A stretch of DNA of 64,000 nt from Fibrobacterales bacterium (GCA_051532035.1 JAOPTW010000013.1:224001-288000), one strand, 5' to 3'; positions 38,380 to 49,166 are shown, counted from the first letter of the stretch. Program-made: numbers and translations. The notes: generated by a model not told the origin, from the sequence alone.

Positions 38380-41319
38380 TTAATAAATGCACCTCATGCT
38401 ATATCCATGAGCCGACACCACGTCAGTTCGTTCTATCCCAGTGTATCCTGTCGAACTTTTTAGAACTCGTCTACGGACAATATTATCTCCATTTTTTCCT
38501 GCCCAAAAATATGCAGATAACGTGATTGATGAAAAGCCTCCTGTTGAAAAATTATAGTATCCAGATGGGATTGCATTAAATAAAGATGACGCATCTCCTG
38601 GATTCTTTACCCAACTTGTTCCCGGCTTTTTCAGATATTTGCCGTAGGCTGTAGCGCGATATTTTGCATTGGCTGTCGTATCAGTCTTAGTGACACCAAT
38701 ACTTGTCTCCAAAGTTTGCCATTCAGAATCTGTAGGAAGACTCCAACCGTCAGGACAAATACTTTCTATAACATCGATAGTGTATAAACGTCCCTGTCCC
38801 GGGCAAGTACTCGCATTATTTATACACTTATCATATATGTCTGGGTTTGATTCGCCATTAATCCCATAATCATACTCCAGGTTTTCCTGCATCCAAACCT
38901 GAGAACCAATCTTAACCCAGCTGTAATCCCTGCTGGCAACGCCGTTATGATACGCCGTAAAGACCCCCGAAACCCCGTTGTTTACGGGTTTTAATAATGC
39001 CGTTATTTGCAATCCTGTTCTTGCAGTTATAGACTCGATTGATGTATTTGTGGTTTGATTAGCAAGTACTACATCCGAGAGTATCCAACGGTCAAATTCA
39101 AAACCAGGGCCTGGTATAATCTCAAGGTTTTTTGGGTTACCAACGACAAAAGTTACGGTAGAAGCTGAATGCAGGTTACCATTGACCTTAAAAGCACCAA
39201 GCCCACCCTGTATCAAGAGTATAATGCTATTATCAACCGTCACAAACTCAGCTTCAACATTCCATACCTGCGGATTAACATCAGCTATTGTTGAAATATA
39301 TGTCTCATCTTGTTGAGTACTATTGAGCGTTACATTATGAGGTACCCACCGATTAAATCGGTATCCTAGAGCTGGAATAGCTTTAATATATTCTTGAGTG
39401 TCAAAAACATAATCTGATGATCCATCTGTAAACTCAACTGAACCATTGGTAGCTGTTGCCCCTATAGAATAAGTCGCTGGCATAAAATTAACCCCTAAAT
39501 TCCATGAGGAAGTATAGGGATCAATGGCGGTTAAACGATTATTCTGTATTGTCACATTTGTTTCGTTCCAGCCATTAAAGCTCCATCCAAAAGCAGTATC
39601 AATTGATACTGGAACCGCAGTACCAAATAGATAACTGTAGGTGCTTGATGTTCCACCATCTATAGTTACTGTCCCGTGGTCTGAAGCGACTCCAATATCG
39701 AATGTTTTCGGATTAAATACCGCAGTAATTTCACCAGTACCATTCGCCCGCAGATAATTTAATTTTTCAGTCTGAGGATATGAGAGTGTGAGATTTGCCC
39801 CGACACTCCACCCTCCCCATGTATACGCCTCAGGAAATGTTTCTGTAATATTGATGAGTGTTGAATCAAGATATTTGAGTAAAAAATTATGCCCATCGTC
39901 AACTGGATTATTGATACCAAGATCTACACGTCCCTCACCATGCTTTCTGATAGTGATTCCATAATCCTTTTTCATATATTTAGCTGTGATCGTTGCACTT
40001 GTCTTTTTTAACGTAACATTAGTGATACCTGAATTACTATTATACTGACAAGAAACATCTTCACTCAAACACGCCCAGCCAGAAAAAACATATCCTAAAT
40101 TTTCATTCACTGTAACCTCTATGACCTCTCCAATCGATCTATTGAGAATGGTAGAGGGATAATCACCCGGTTCTCCTACGTCCCCTTGCGTGCCACATGT
40201 GGTTACTGCACCTTCAACTTGACATTGAATTGAGAGCGTTGTTGTAGGATTGGTTATAATCGAACTTGAACTCGAGTTACTAGAAGAACTACTCTGTGAT
40301 GAAGTACTGCTGCTACTACTGGAGCTAATCACACTACTCAATGAACTACTCATCGACCCAGTACTACTTTGAGGCATTGATGAACTTACACTTATGGAAG
40401 TATCTGGATCAAATGCAATCCCAGAACTAGAATTTATTGTCGTCAACACTTGTGAACTTATAAAAGAGTTCGTAGCACTTGAATGTACTGAAGTTAAAGT
40501 ACTACTTGAACTACCTAACGTTACCCCTGCACTTGATGATTCTTTGACACTTGGCACCATGCTTGATGATGTGAGACTCACCACCACGCTACTCACTCCC
40601 CCTTTACTTATATCAATCTGATTGGAAGAGCCTGGATCTCTAGCAGCAATTTGTTCTGCAACAATGTTAACAATTACTATATCTTGTCCAATATGAAACG
40701 CATCACGTATCTGAACTACCGCACTATCAACTCCTATTGATTGGTATACACATACTTTATTTGCTGGGTCAATGCGAACATGTTCTAATGAATCCTTACC
40801 AGTACAAGCGAGATAGAAATCAACCATTAAATCATCATCGCTATAGTTGGTTTGAAAATAAACTGGTGTATTTACATAGGCTACAAGTGTATCACTCGTA
40901 AATGAAATTAAAGGTTCCGCATTTGGTTTTTTGCCTTGTATGACGGTGAGTGAATCAATATTCCTTAAAGAAATAGTATCAACTTGTTGAGCGAGGTATC
41001 CACGGACCCCAATGAGGGTATAAGAAACAATTGCCTCAGAACCTACAGCATATGTGACCGGCAATACGATTATTGAATCAACAGTAAGTTCTAGGTTAGT
41101 GGTATCGAGTACATCAATGCCATCTATTACGATATCACCATGAATACCAGTAACAGAATTTGATAATTCTCTAACATCAATGGTATAGTGAAAAGATACT
41201 CCATCTGAAAGTTCTAGTGTTGATTGATCCTCTTTAGTGTTGCTCGATTCAAAAACACATGAAAGTACTGAAAGCGTACTCATTACAATAAAAATACGAA
41301 TGAACATCTTGTTAGACAT
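38380..41319 (-). CDS. Lipoprotein with Ser-rich linker, InlB-B-like repeats and C-terminal Fib_succ_major (FISUMP) domain
   Basis: VLSC lipobox, GYxFxxW repeats, KIGSQVWMQENL, GRLY, ICPDGWSLPTDSEW, FNAIPSGY, YSMRCI. Confidence 0.85.
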   Translation of the reverse strand: MSNKMFIRIFIVMSTLSVLSCVFESSNTKEDQSTLELSDGVSFHYTIDVRELSNSVTGIHGDIVIDGIDVLDTTNLELTVDSIIVLPVTYAVGSEAIVSYTLIGVRGYLAQQVDTISLRNIDSLTVIQGKKPNAEPLISFTSDTLVAYVNTPVYFQTNYSDDDLMVDFYLACTGKDSLEHVRIDPANKVCVYQSIGVDSAVVQIRDAFHIGQDIVIVNIVAEQIAARDPGSSNQIDISKGGVSSVVVSLTSSSMVPSVKESSSAGVTLGSSSSTLTSVHSSATNSFISSQVLTTINSSSGIAFDPDTSISVSSSMPQSSTGSMSSSLSSVISSSSSSSTSSQSSSSSNSSSSSIITNPTTTLSIQCQVEGAVTTCGTQGDVGEPGDYPSTILNRSIGEVIEVTVNENLGYVFSGWACLSEDVSCQYNSNSGITNVTLKKTSATITAKYMKKDYGITIRKHGEGRVDLGINNPVDDGHNFLLKYLDSTLINITETFPEAYTWGGWSVGANLTLSYPQTEKLNYLRANGTGEITAVFNPKTFDIGVASDHGTVTIDGGTSSTYSYLFGTAVPVSIDTAFGWSFNGWNETNVTIQNNRLTAIDPYTSSWNLGVNFMPATYSIGATATNGSVEFTDGSSDYVFDTQEYIKAIPALGYRFNRWVPHNVTLNSTQQDETYISTIADVNPQVWNVEAEFVTVDNSIILLIQGGLGAFKVNGNLHSASTVTFVVGNPKNLEIIPGPGFEFDRWILSDVVLANQTTNTSIESITARTGLQITALLKPVNNGVSGVFTAYHNGVASRDYSWVKIGSQVWMQENLEYDYGINGESNPDIYDKCINNASTCPGQGRLYTIDVIESICPDGWSLPTDSEWQTLETSIGVTKTDTTANAKYRATAYGKYLKKPGTSWVKNPGDASSLFNAIPSGYYNFSTGGFSSITLSAYFWAGKNGDNIVRRRVLKSSTGYTGIERTDVVSAHGYSMRCIY

Positions 41320-41404
41320 ATGAAGTAATTCCCCCTATTTAGAACCGTAACAGAAACGCTCTATTTAATAGAGGTTCTCTGATATAAGCATGTGTACTAT
41401 ACGC

Positions 41405-41481
41405 TGTGTGTGTGTGTGTGTGTGTGTGCGCGCAGTAGTATTCTGTGTGTCTTGTCTTGTCTTGTGTTGTGTTGTGTTGTG
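41405..41481. repeat. Compound microsatellite: (TG)12, then (GTCTT)3 and about four GTGTT units
   Basis: Directly visible; intergenic. Confidence 0.95.
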
Positions 41482-41516
41482 CTTAAATTATTTTTATCAG
41501 TATTACATACTATCTC

Positions 41517-42371
41517 TTATTGTCCATTGAGTTGTCGTTCTTGTTGCACTGAGTCTATAAATTGTTGTTCAGGCACCAAATCCTTCAGTGGAGAACGGGC
41601 ATAATCTTTTAGTAACAAATCACCCGTTACAAAGCGGTCAATAAATACAGAATCAATATTCACATTTTCTGGTATGTTTTTATTTATTCCTATGAAACTT
41701 GATACTTGCAAACTTTTTCCAAATATGCAATCCATAACCCTATTGAGAACCGCATCCTCGGTTTCTATATTGTTATTTCTCATGTACACCCTATTAACCT
41801 GGTAAAACTCATCTGTATCAAAATCATCACACATTTTGTTAATGATTAAATCAGTATATGTATTATGAATAAATGCACTGTCAGCAGTCTCGCTTTCAGC
41901 TCTATCAATTACTTTAAGAATCTCTACTACATTTTCATCGATTGTAGTGGTTGTTTTACTTTGATTACTCAGCATACCAAAGGATTTTTCATTTCTCAGC
42001 AATACAAAACCCTTACTAAAAAATGTTTGCTTTACTAGTAGAGAATCGTCTTTATGGGCACTAATGGTAAACGACGCTCGTTCTATTGTGTGCCTATTTC
42101 CAGCACTAATAGTCGTTATAGTAGATCCCTTTGTAGACGCATTTTCAGAAGTGCCTAATTTGTAGAAATAGAGTGAGTCATGAATCAATCCATTAATTGA
42201 AACCTCAATATGAATACTATCAATTGATAAAGGACGTTCACATTGTACTTCTAACTCATACCCACGTTCCAGGGAGCCTTCATTATTTGTCACGCATCCA
42301 CCCATAGTAAATAAAACCAATAGTACTATTCCTCTTAGAAACACTATTCTCTCCTCACCTATCAAAAACAC
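41517..42371 (-). CDS. Hypothetical lipoprotein
   Basis: MGGC lipobox-like after a hydrophobic stretch; overlaps the upstream gene stop. Confidence 0.7.
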   Translation of the reverse strand: MFLIGEERIVFLRGIVLLVLFTMGGCVTNNEGSLERGYELEVQCERPLSIDSIHIEVSINGLIHDSLYFYKLGTSENASTKGSTITTISAGNRHTIERASFTISAHKDDSLLVKQTFFSKGFVLLRNEKSFGMLSNQSKTTTTIDENVVEILKVIDRAESETADSAFIHNTYTDLIINKMCDDFDTDEFYQVNRVYMRNNNIETEDAVLNRVMDCIFGKSLQVSSFIGINKNIPENVNIDSVFIDRFVTGDLLLKDYARSPLKDLVPEQQFIDSVQQERQLNGQ

Positions 42372-43974
42372 AACGTATACTCATGTTGTAATATTTTTTG
42401 CTTGCTTTTCTCATAATTCCACCATCATTGCCAACATACCGGATGAGCGCACTATCACTCCCCACACTATCAGAAGTCCAATAAAAGGCACCTAACTCAA
42501 CAAAAGAAGCAATTTTTGCTGTAGTTGTAGGGTACCCAGACTTCATTCCTGACGGTAATATATTCATCTTATATAGGTTCGTTCCTTCATTCCCACTCCC
42601 CCATAACACATTGTTACTCCGTATATTATCGACCTGCATATCAGAGCCACGAACCCCCATAGAGTCCACTATGTTTGATGCAATCCCCAACGCTTTCTCT
42701 AAATGCTTCCAATCCTCATCCGTAGATACTCTCCAATGTGTTGGGCACGCCCTGTCAACTGATTCCCATGGATAGAGCCTTCCATATTGGTCACAATTTG
42801 CTGATGCATCATTTAAACAATAGGATACTACTGTGGGCACTTCGTACTGTACATTTTCTATGAACCAAATAGTCCCAGCGATATCCACCCAGTGATACGT
42901 TGTTGTGGTACCATCTCGTATATCGTCATATTCTCCGGTATCAAAATCTAATTGATCAGATGATGACACAGTTAATGATGAGGAGGAAGAGGAGGAAACA
43001 TTTGAACTTGAAGATGCAGAAGATGATTGAACATCCAAAGGTGATGATTGTCCTATAAGGTCTGAAGATGAGCTATAGCCAATGGTACTCGATAAATGTG
43101 ATCCACTGCCATTGGAAAGCGGTATCCCCACTCCTGAAGATGATTGAGAAGATATGTTTGAAACAGCTGAACTCCCCACCACAACCAAACTACCCTGACA
43201 CGATGGTACACTGGCATACTCAGTACATGAAGATGACACACCAGGGCTAACACTCACCGGTATATCACCCTGACTGCTACTCATAATAGGGTCGGCCCCT
43301 TCAACTGTTACCCATACAGTATCTACTATTGTATGAAACGAATCACGAACCATAAAATAAACAGGAAATTCTCCTAGTGTATCACCATAAAAAATTACGT
43401 TCTGCCTCTCCTCGGGTATATATTCCCACAATCCTAATCCAGCACTATCCCATGAGGCACGGGTAGAATCATCATCTCTCCAAATGACCGTGATAACCGC
43501 CTCTTCACCCAATAGTATTGATACATCCGGAGAAGTTGTTAACACAGGCGCTTGATTAATCTCTTTAAGAGCATACGGAAAAAAGCTTCTCGAATTATCC
43601 TGTAAAGGTAAGGCTACACTCTCTTTTTGGGAGCCAATAATATTTTGACCTACATAAACCCTATATACGACAACAATTTCAGAACCCAGAAAAGGCTCAA
43701 CAGGAATGTTGATTTCTTGATGTGTGCTCTGTATATAGAGTGTATCCTGTAGATAAGTGGAATCACCTACTGAGATAGAATACACGATACTCGTCACATT
43801 CTTATCTATACTTGGATAACCGATAACCAATTGATAGTTTGATTCTGTTGAAACATTGTGGGTTGAGTCTCCACATGAAGCAACAATCACTACCAATAAT
43901 AAAACAGTACCCCTCATAGCAACACTTTTCATACCCCATGCAAGTGTTGCTATTTTTACACCTATTTTAGTCAT
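42355..43974 (-). CDS. Lipoprotein with Ser-rich linker and Fib_succ_major (FISUMP) domain
   Basis: VASC lipobox (start may be ATG 43917), DIRDG, WFIENVQY, YGRLYPW, ACPTHWRVSTDEDW, FYWTS, MSIRCV. Confidence 0.85.
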   Translation of the reverse strand: MTKIGVKIATLAWGMKSVAMRGTVLLLVVIVASCGDSTHNVSTESNYQLVIGYPSIDKNVTSIVYSISVGDSTYLQDTLYIQSTHQEINIPVEPFLGSEIVVVYRVYVGQNIIGSQKESVALPLQDNSRSFFPYALKEINQAPVLTTSPDVSILLGEEAVITVIWRDDDSTRASWDSAGLGLWEYIPEERQNVIFYGDTLGEFPVYFMVRDSFHTIVDTVWVTVEGADPIMSSSQGDIPVSVSPGVSSSCTEYASVPSCQGSLVVVGSSAVSNISSQSSSGVGIPLSNGSGSHLSSTIGYSSSSDLIGQSSPLDVQSSSASSSSNVSSSSSSSLTVSSSDQLDFDTGEYDDIRDGTTTTYHWVDIAGTIWFIENVQYEVPTVVSYCLNDASANCDQYGRLYPWESVDRACPTHWRVSTDEDWKHLEKALGIASNIVDSMGVRGSDMQVDNIRSNNVLWGSGNEGTNLYKMNILPSGMKSGYPTTTAKIASFVELGAFYWTSDSVGSDSALIRYVGNDGGIMRKASKKYYNMSIRCVFDR

Positions 43975-44062
43975 GTAAAAATCTATGTGTGCTTAAATAT
44001 TTCAAAGCAACTGTAGAAATATAGTTCGTATTTTCCTAGCGCGATAAATTGACAAAGCCTAT

Positions 44063-44084
44063 TTATGTGACCATCATCACACTT
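44063..44084. promoter_or_regulatory. CRP-like operator
   Basis: Perfect TGTGA-N6-TCACA core at 44066-44081 in a divergent intergenic region. Confidence 0.55.
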
Positions 44085-44360
44085 TTAGTAACTTTACCCC
44101 CTCAAAATACACTAATTAACCTAATAAATCCATTAACATACCGGTATCATTATTTAGCAGTGCTTATTTAATCACACTACAATGAAACATTTTTGGCACG
44201 ATTACTGTTCACAAATTTATCACCTTTATTTGGACATTTCTATATATCACATCCAATATATTCTATTCGGGCCTGTAACATTCACCATGATACGGTACAG
44301 TTTTCCCTTCAGCACTCCAATGTCACTGGATATAGAGTAACTAATGGGTATATTTGCTGA

Positions 44361-45008
44361 ATGCTAAAAAAGACGATACATTTATGTCCACTCTGTGGAA
44401 ATTCCGGCAAAGTCATTCACCAAATTAAAGCCAAAAGCTATTATCAATGTGAAAATTGTTTTGGAATGTTTGTCGACCCAGAGTATATACTCAGTAACGA
44501 AAATGAAAAAATGCGGTACGAAGAACACGACAACGATGTGGAAAATATAGGATACCAAAATTTCGTATCCCCCATCACCAATGCAATCACACGGGATTAC
44601 ACTAAGAACCATTCAGGACTCGATTTTGGTGCAGGAACTGGTCCGGTAATCTCAAAAATACTCAACGACAACAGCTACCAAATAGCTCAGTACGACCCTT
44701 TCTTCCATAATCACCCAGAGTTACTAAACGGTACATACGATTACATTGCATGCTGCGAGGTCATTGAACATTTTCACGACCCGAGTAAAGAATTTACGTT
44801 ATTAAAAAGGCTACTGAATAAAAAGGGCACTCTCTATTGCATGACTCATATATATGATGAAGAGACCACTTTTAAAAACTGGTATTATCTCAACGACACC
44901 ACCCATGTTTTTATCTATCACAAAAAAACAATTGAGTGGGTGGCAGAGACGTATGGGTTTTCGGATGTTACTATTGAGGGGAAACTTATTTGCTTTTCGA
45001 TACAATAG
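44361..45008 (+). CDS. Class I SAM-dependent methyltransferase with N-terminal zinc ribbon
   Basis: CPLC...CENC, GLDFGAGTGP, YDPFF, EVIEHF. Confidence 0.88.
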   Translation: MLKKTIHLCPLCGNSGKVIHQIKAKSYYQCENCFGMFVDPEYILSNENEKMRYEEHDNDVENIGYQNFVSPITNAITRDYTKNHSGLDFGAGTGPVISKILNDNSYQIAQYDPFFHNHPELLNGTYDYIACCEVIEHFHDPSKEFTLLKRLLNKKGTLYCMTHIYDEETTFKNWYYLNDTTHVFIYHKKTIEWVAETYGFSDVTIEGKLICFSIQ

Positions 45009-45053
45009 AAAAGCTTTGATTACCCGGAGAGTTAAAAATGGTATATCACCACA

Positions 45054-45779
45054 CTAAAAATCACACTCTCCGTCTACATACTCATGCCGAATATGTTCAT
45101 CAATGACACTGGTAGGAATCTCCCACGTATCCACCTCAAAAATAATGATCTCTCCAACCATTACTGAGCTCGCCATACAGCCACCACCTTCTCTTGAATA
45201 AACACCCAGTTGCACAGAATTATTAACCATCATAGGCATATAAAATCCTCCACTATAGTTTCCATTTGATCCAGACCAATACAACCGAATCACCTGTTTC
45301 CCTTCAGGAAGCACATAGGAATCATCTGAAAGAGCCTCTCTAATATCTGCTTCATTGCTAAAAATGCTTATAGCATCATATGCATCATCATACTCATAGC
45401 CACTCCCCGCCTCTTTGAGCATTGTAACATCTAAATAGGTGCTGTCAGCAATACTCACTATCAACAATTCAGAGCTGACACCCATTACACTTGAATAGAA
45501 CTCACTCGATAACGCTTCCTGAGAAGAAAAAGAGCCCATTTCCATTGAGGAATCATCACCTGATGAAACGCCATCATATGAAGAAGCGTCTATTTCCTTG
45601 CCAGACACGCCATCAATTGATGACACTGATTCAAAAGAAGATTCTCCTCCATTCGAAGAATTGTCTGTAGCACTGGAAGATTGAAAGCCTGTATCTTCAT
45701 CAGAGTTGTCCGAGTTGATACAGGAGATGAGAGAAGCGGTGACAATACATATGCTACAAAATAATTGCATAGATTTCAT
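45054..45779 (-). CDS. Hypothetical Ser/acid-rich lipoprotein
   Basis: LISC lipobox, AAGGA RBS. Confidence 0.7.
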   Translation of the reverse strand: MKSMQLFCSICIVTASLISCINSDNSDEDTGFQSSSATDNSSNGGESSFESVSSIDGVSGKEIDASSYDGVSSGDDSSMEMGSFSSQEALSSEFYSSVMGVSSELLIVSIADSTYLDVTMLKEAGSGYEYDDAYDAISIFSNEADIREALSDDSYVLPEGKQVIRLYWSGSNGNYSGGFYMPMMVNNSVQLGVYSREGGGCMASSVMVGEIIIFEVDTWEIPTSVIDEHIRHEYVDGECDF

Positions 45780-45842
45780 AGAGAGTCCTTAGATTAGGGG
45801 TCGAGAATAATAATGTATATAAAATTTCAATTGATTGAGATG

Positions 45843-46169
45843 TCAGGTCTCATCAGACCGGTTAAAAATACAAAAGAAGTAGTATGGTACCATCGCAAAA
45901 ATATTAAAAAAGAGGAATGCGAAAATCAGACTTGATTTGGCCGTGATGGACAATTGATCATTTTTGAATGCGTGATTGGTATAAAATAATACCGGTATAA
46001 TCCACAATATGAAATAGAGTATTGATGGGTCGAAGGTAGCCATGAACGATTCATATGTATCGTAGAAATTTTCACTAAAACTATAAAGTACACTAGTCAA
46101 AGCTATATGAGCCCCTAAATATATCATTGGCAGAAATGTGATGAAGAATATCAGCAATTTATTTTTCAT
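45843..46169 (-). CDS. Small hypothetical membrane protein
   Basis: Three hydrophobic segments; probable start MKNKLL. Confidence 0.6.
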   Translation of the reverse strand: MKNKLLIFFITFLPMIYLGAHIALTSVLYSFSENFYDTYESFMATFDPSILYFILWIIPVLFYTNHAFKNDQLSITAKSSLIFAFLFFNIFAMVPYYFFCIFNRSDET

Positions 46170-46258
46170 AAGGAGATACCTTAAAAGTGACGAGACTCTA
46201 CCCTGCAACGGTAGAGCTTATCAGGGTTAATGATTTTTTTTAAATACCAGATACACTC

Positions 46259-46726
46259 TTATATCGTTGATTCTAAAAACTCATCCGGATTCTTACAATA
46301 TTCAAACGCACTCGACCCTCGCACAAAAGGCTTAATCTCTGCCAATGAAGGACTGATGCAACTCTTCATGTCGGGAATCAACAAATGACACTTCAATTCT
46401 TGGGCAAGGTCTAACACATCCACCAACAAAGGCTTTATATCTCTTCGCATATCGATGCGTATAGAGATTGACTCAATTTTACTGCCTTCTCTTATCACCT
46501 GAATGTCAGAATCTTTTTCATCACCCCAAATTTTAATATCACTACACCAGGACGGGCCTTTGGGTAACATTTTTGAAATCATTGGTTCAAAATCTATTTT
46601 TGGTTGATTTAATTCCCACGCTTCGTAAGTGTCGCATTTATTATCATCATTATAGAGGCTCTCAATTGAATTGTCTCTGAGCCATCGTATTGGTATAAGT
46701 TTGAGTTGAAACTGATAGGTTTCCAT
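46259..46726 (-). CDS. Hypothetical protein
   Basis: 155 aa globular ORF; no function recognised. Confidence 0.7.
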   Translation of the reverse strand: METYQFQLKLIPIRWLRDNSIESLYNDDNKCDTYEAWELNQPKIDFEPMISKMLPKGPSWCSDIKIWGDEKDSDIQVIREGSKIESISIRIDMRRDIKPLLVDVLDLAQELKCHLLIPDMKSCISPSLAEIKPFVRGSSAFEYCKNPDEFLESTI

Positions 46727-46907
46727 AGTGTAATCTCAATGGTTATCTCTTTAAATAGAGAAAGTAGGTTCAAAAACATAAATCTAAACAATTTACTTCT
46801 AATTACAATGCTCTATATCGCTTTTAAGCATGACACAAATAAGACTACGAATCTAACAGTACTGTAATGGGGCTTAATCGATATCAGAGCTACAAATACC
46901 AAAATAC

Positions 46908-46932
46908 AAAAGGCCCCCAAATGGGAGCCTTT
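46908..46932 (-). terminator. Intrinsic terminator after the CotH gene
   Basis: Minus strand AAAGGCTCCC-attt-GGGGGCCTTTT. Confidence 0.65.
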
Positions 46933-46968
46933 ATAGTATCATAGTTTTACACCGAACAATTTTATAGC

Positions 46969-48552
46969 CTAAAAACCTTGTAGACCTTCAGCAATGTGTG
47001 CTACAAACGCATCTCTGTGAAGCTGGAGATTGCCTTTTAAATAACCTACCTGATCACGCCAATCATCAACATCTAGATAAGGGTCCTCAATAACCGCTTG
47101 TTCGATCAGTGCAGCCCAGCGGTCAATATCTGTGTACATAGCATCCAATTGAAAAGGTCCTGCAAGTAATTCATTACTCGCGGTGACATATTGATCCCAG
47201 TAGTGTTGTACATAGAGATTAAAAAATTTGTCGCACGCAGCAGGTTTGGCATATTGCCAAAACTCAAAATTCGTTTCACAATCATCCGGAAGATAATTCC
47301 AGTTGGGAAGTTTCGTGGTATTCTCAATATCATCGGGGTGCCAAAGTATCAGATCAAGGTCCCAAGGAATTACCGTGAATTTATCGGTACCTTCCATTTG
47401 ATAGAAGTAAAAGTTATGATTGGTTGTATTAGATACTGGTGAGCTTTCGTAATCCGAAATAAATCGGACCACACCATCTATATTGGCAAGGGCTCTATCG
47501 ACTGCCATAAGGCGTGCGAAATTTTCTAGATCCCACAGGGGTTCAATGTCCTCCTCAAAAGTATCATAGGTTGTGTTTTTGAGTGCATCATGGAGCTGAG
47601 TCATTGCTGAATGATCAGCGATATCTTCATTGGTTTTTAAATTATTCCGCATAACATTATCCCATACCCATTCAGTCTCTTCAAACCAAAAAGTAGGACC
47701 TACTATGCCAGGCCACACCTCTTTATACAGGTTTCCATCAGCAGCCTCCGGCCATCTATCTGCAGTAAAACGACCATCTATCTGTTCTACTGTAGCAAAC
47801 ACCCCCCAATATTCATCATTTATATAAACTTTAGTAAATCCAGATCTACTCGCCATTACCCCCATATCCCTGAACATTTGATAGCCCAATTGCTGAATAA
47901 GGTTTGAGCTTCCCCCTCTAAGGGCATGTAAATTAAGGCGCTTCATACCACATAGACGAGTGTCATCATTGTACTTATTAAACTTCAATTTCATAGATAT
48001 TTTACTACATCGGTTCTTATAGTTCCGTTGATTGTTAGGCCAACAGTGATCCATAGATGAATCTGACCCTTTGTGTCGTAACCCTACAGACCCGAGTATT
48101 GTGTCATTAAAGGTAAATTCTGCAGGGACATATTCCTCTTTATATCCATTCAATTCCAGTTCTTCTAAATTGGCTTCGGTAACAGTAAGTCGTATTGTCT
48201 GAACTTTTTCTTCGAAAATGTCAGCTGATGGACATCCTTCGGGCTCTTTTTCAGTTTCTGATGAGAATGAATTCACACTAGAAGATAATTGTTCCGAGCT
48301 AGATTCACTACTCGATAGAGTATTTTCATTAGAGCTGACAGCAGAAAATACACTACTAGTACTAGAACTAGAACTAGAACTATTCATTTCCACCAATGAA
48401 CTGGATTGCTCATAACTTGAATAAAGCGCACTACTTTCATCATCAGAAATTGCACTACTGATTCCTTGAGTTGGATCACTTATTGTTGAATCGCACGCGA
48501 GGAGTACTGATATAGCCATAACGAAATTCGAAAGGATTACTAAATTCTTCAT
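46969..48552 (-). CDS. CotH kinase family lipoprotein with Ser-rich linker
   Basis: LLAC lipobox, VGLRHKG, KISMKLKFN, VYINDEYWGVF, GNLYK, NIDG, HNFYFY, IPWDLD. Confidence 0.88.
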   Translation of the reverse strand: MKNLVILSNFVMAISVLLACDSTISDPTQGISSAISDDESSALYSSYEQSSSLVEMNSSSSSSSTSSVFSAVSSNENTLSSSESSSEQLSSSVNSFSSETEKEPEGCPSADIFEEKVQTIRLTVTEANLEELELNGYKEEYVPAEFTFNDTILGSVGLRHKGSDSSMDHCWPNNQRNYKNRCSKISMKLKFNKYNDDTRLCGMKRLNLHALRGGSSNLIQQLGYQMFRDMGVMASRSGFTKVYINDEYWGVFATVEQIDGRFTADRWPEAADGNLYKEVWPGIVGPTFWFEETEWVWDNVMRNNLKTNEDIADHSAMTQLHDALKNTTYDTFEEDIEPLWDLENFARLMAVDRALANIDGVVRFISDYESSPVSNTTNHNFYFYQMEGTDKFTVIPWDLDLILWHPDDIENTTKLPNWNYLPDDCETNFEFWQYAKPAACDKFFNLYVQHYWDQYVTASNELLAGPFQLDAMYTDIDRWAALIEQAVIEDPYLDVDDWRDQVGYLKGNLQLHRDAFVAHIAEGLQGF

Positions 48553-49166
48553 ATTGATTGTCCCAATGTATTGTGCTTCTATTTAGAGGTACCCTTAATT
48601 CAGCAACTCATAAACACAGTGTTGATATACGGTCATGATTATCTATACACAGACTTAAAGGCGGTGCAAGCTGTACATGGGTTCCCAAGCCCAATAATCA
48701 TATTTTAATAGTAATTCTGTATACTATAGGCACATTATAGTGCTGCTAAAAAATAACAAAAACAAAAGAAAATGTACTGTAATGAAGTCTTTACAGTCAC
48801 ACAATGTGCAAGTCCACAAATAGACGGCTTGAGACTATAGAAGCTTTCATCATGACACAAAAATCTAAATATCCTAACACAAGGTTGTACAACCCCCTTA
48901 CCCTGAGCAAACTTTCATTTACATTAATCAGCCCATTCTCTATAAAGTGTACATTTGGGACGCTGATGGGGCACAAAAGACACATCTGAACGGGCATATC
49001 TCCCTTAAGGAGGTATTCAGAGGTCGTATCTTATATTGGTTTTCAAACAAAACCCTATGATTCATCTGTCGAATCTTCATCAAATTATACAAGTATACAG
49101 CACTATTTATGACGAATAACAGTGCTCGTTACACATAATTATTTATAGGATAAAGGAAAATCATAC

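Noticed and set aside
41392..41604. 70 aa Cys/Val-rich ORF
   Set aside because: Translation of the microsatellite.
38380..43974. Diversity-generating retroelement targeting the FISUMP domains
   Set aside because: No reverse transcriptase and no near-identical template repeat with adenine-specific differences in the window; the two 3' ends are simply divergent.
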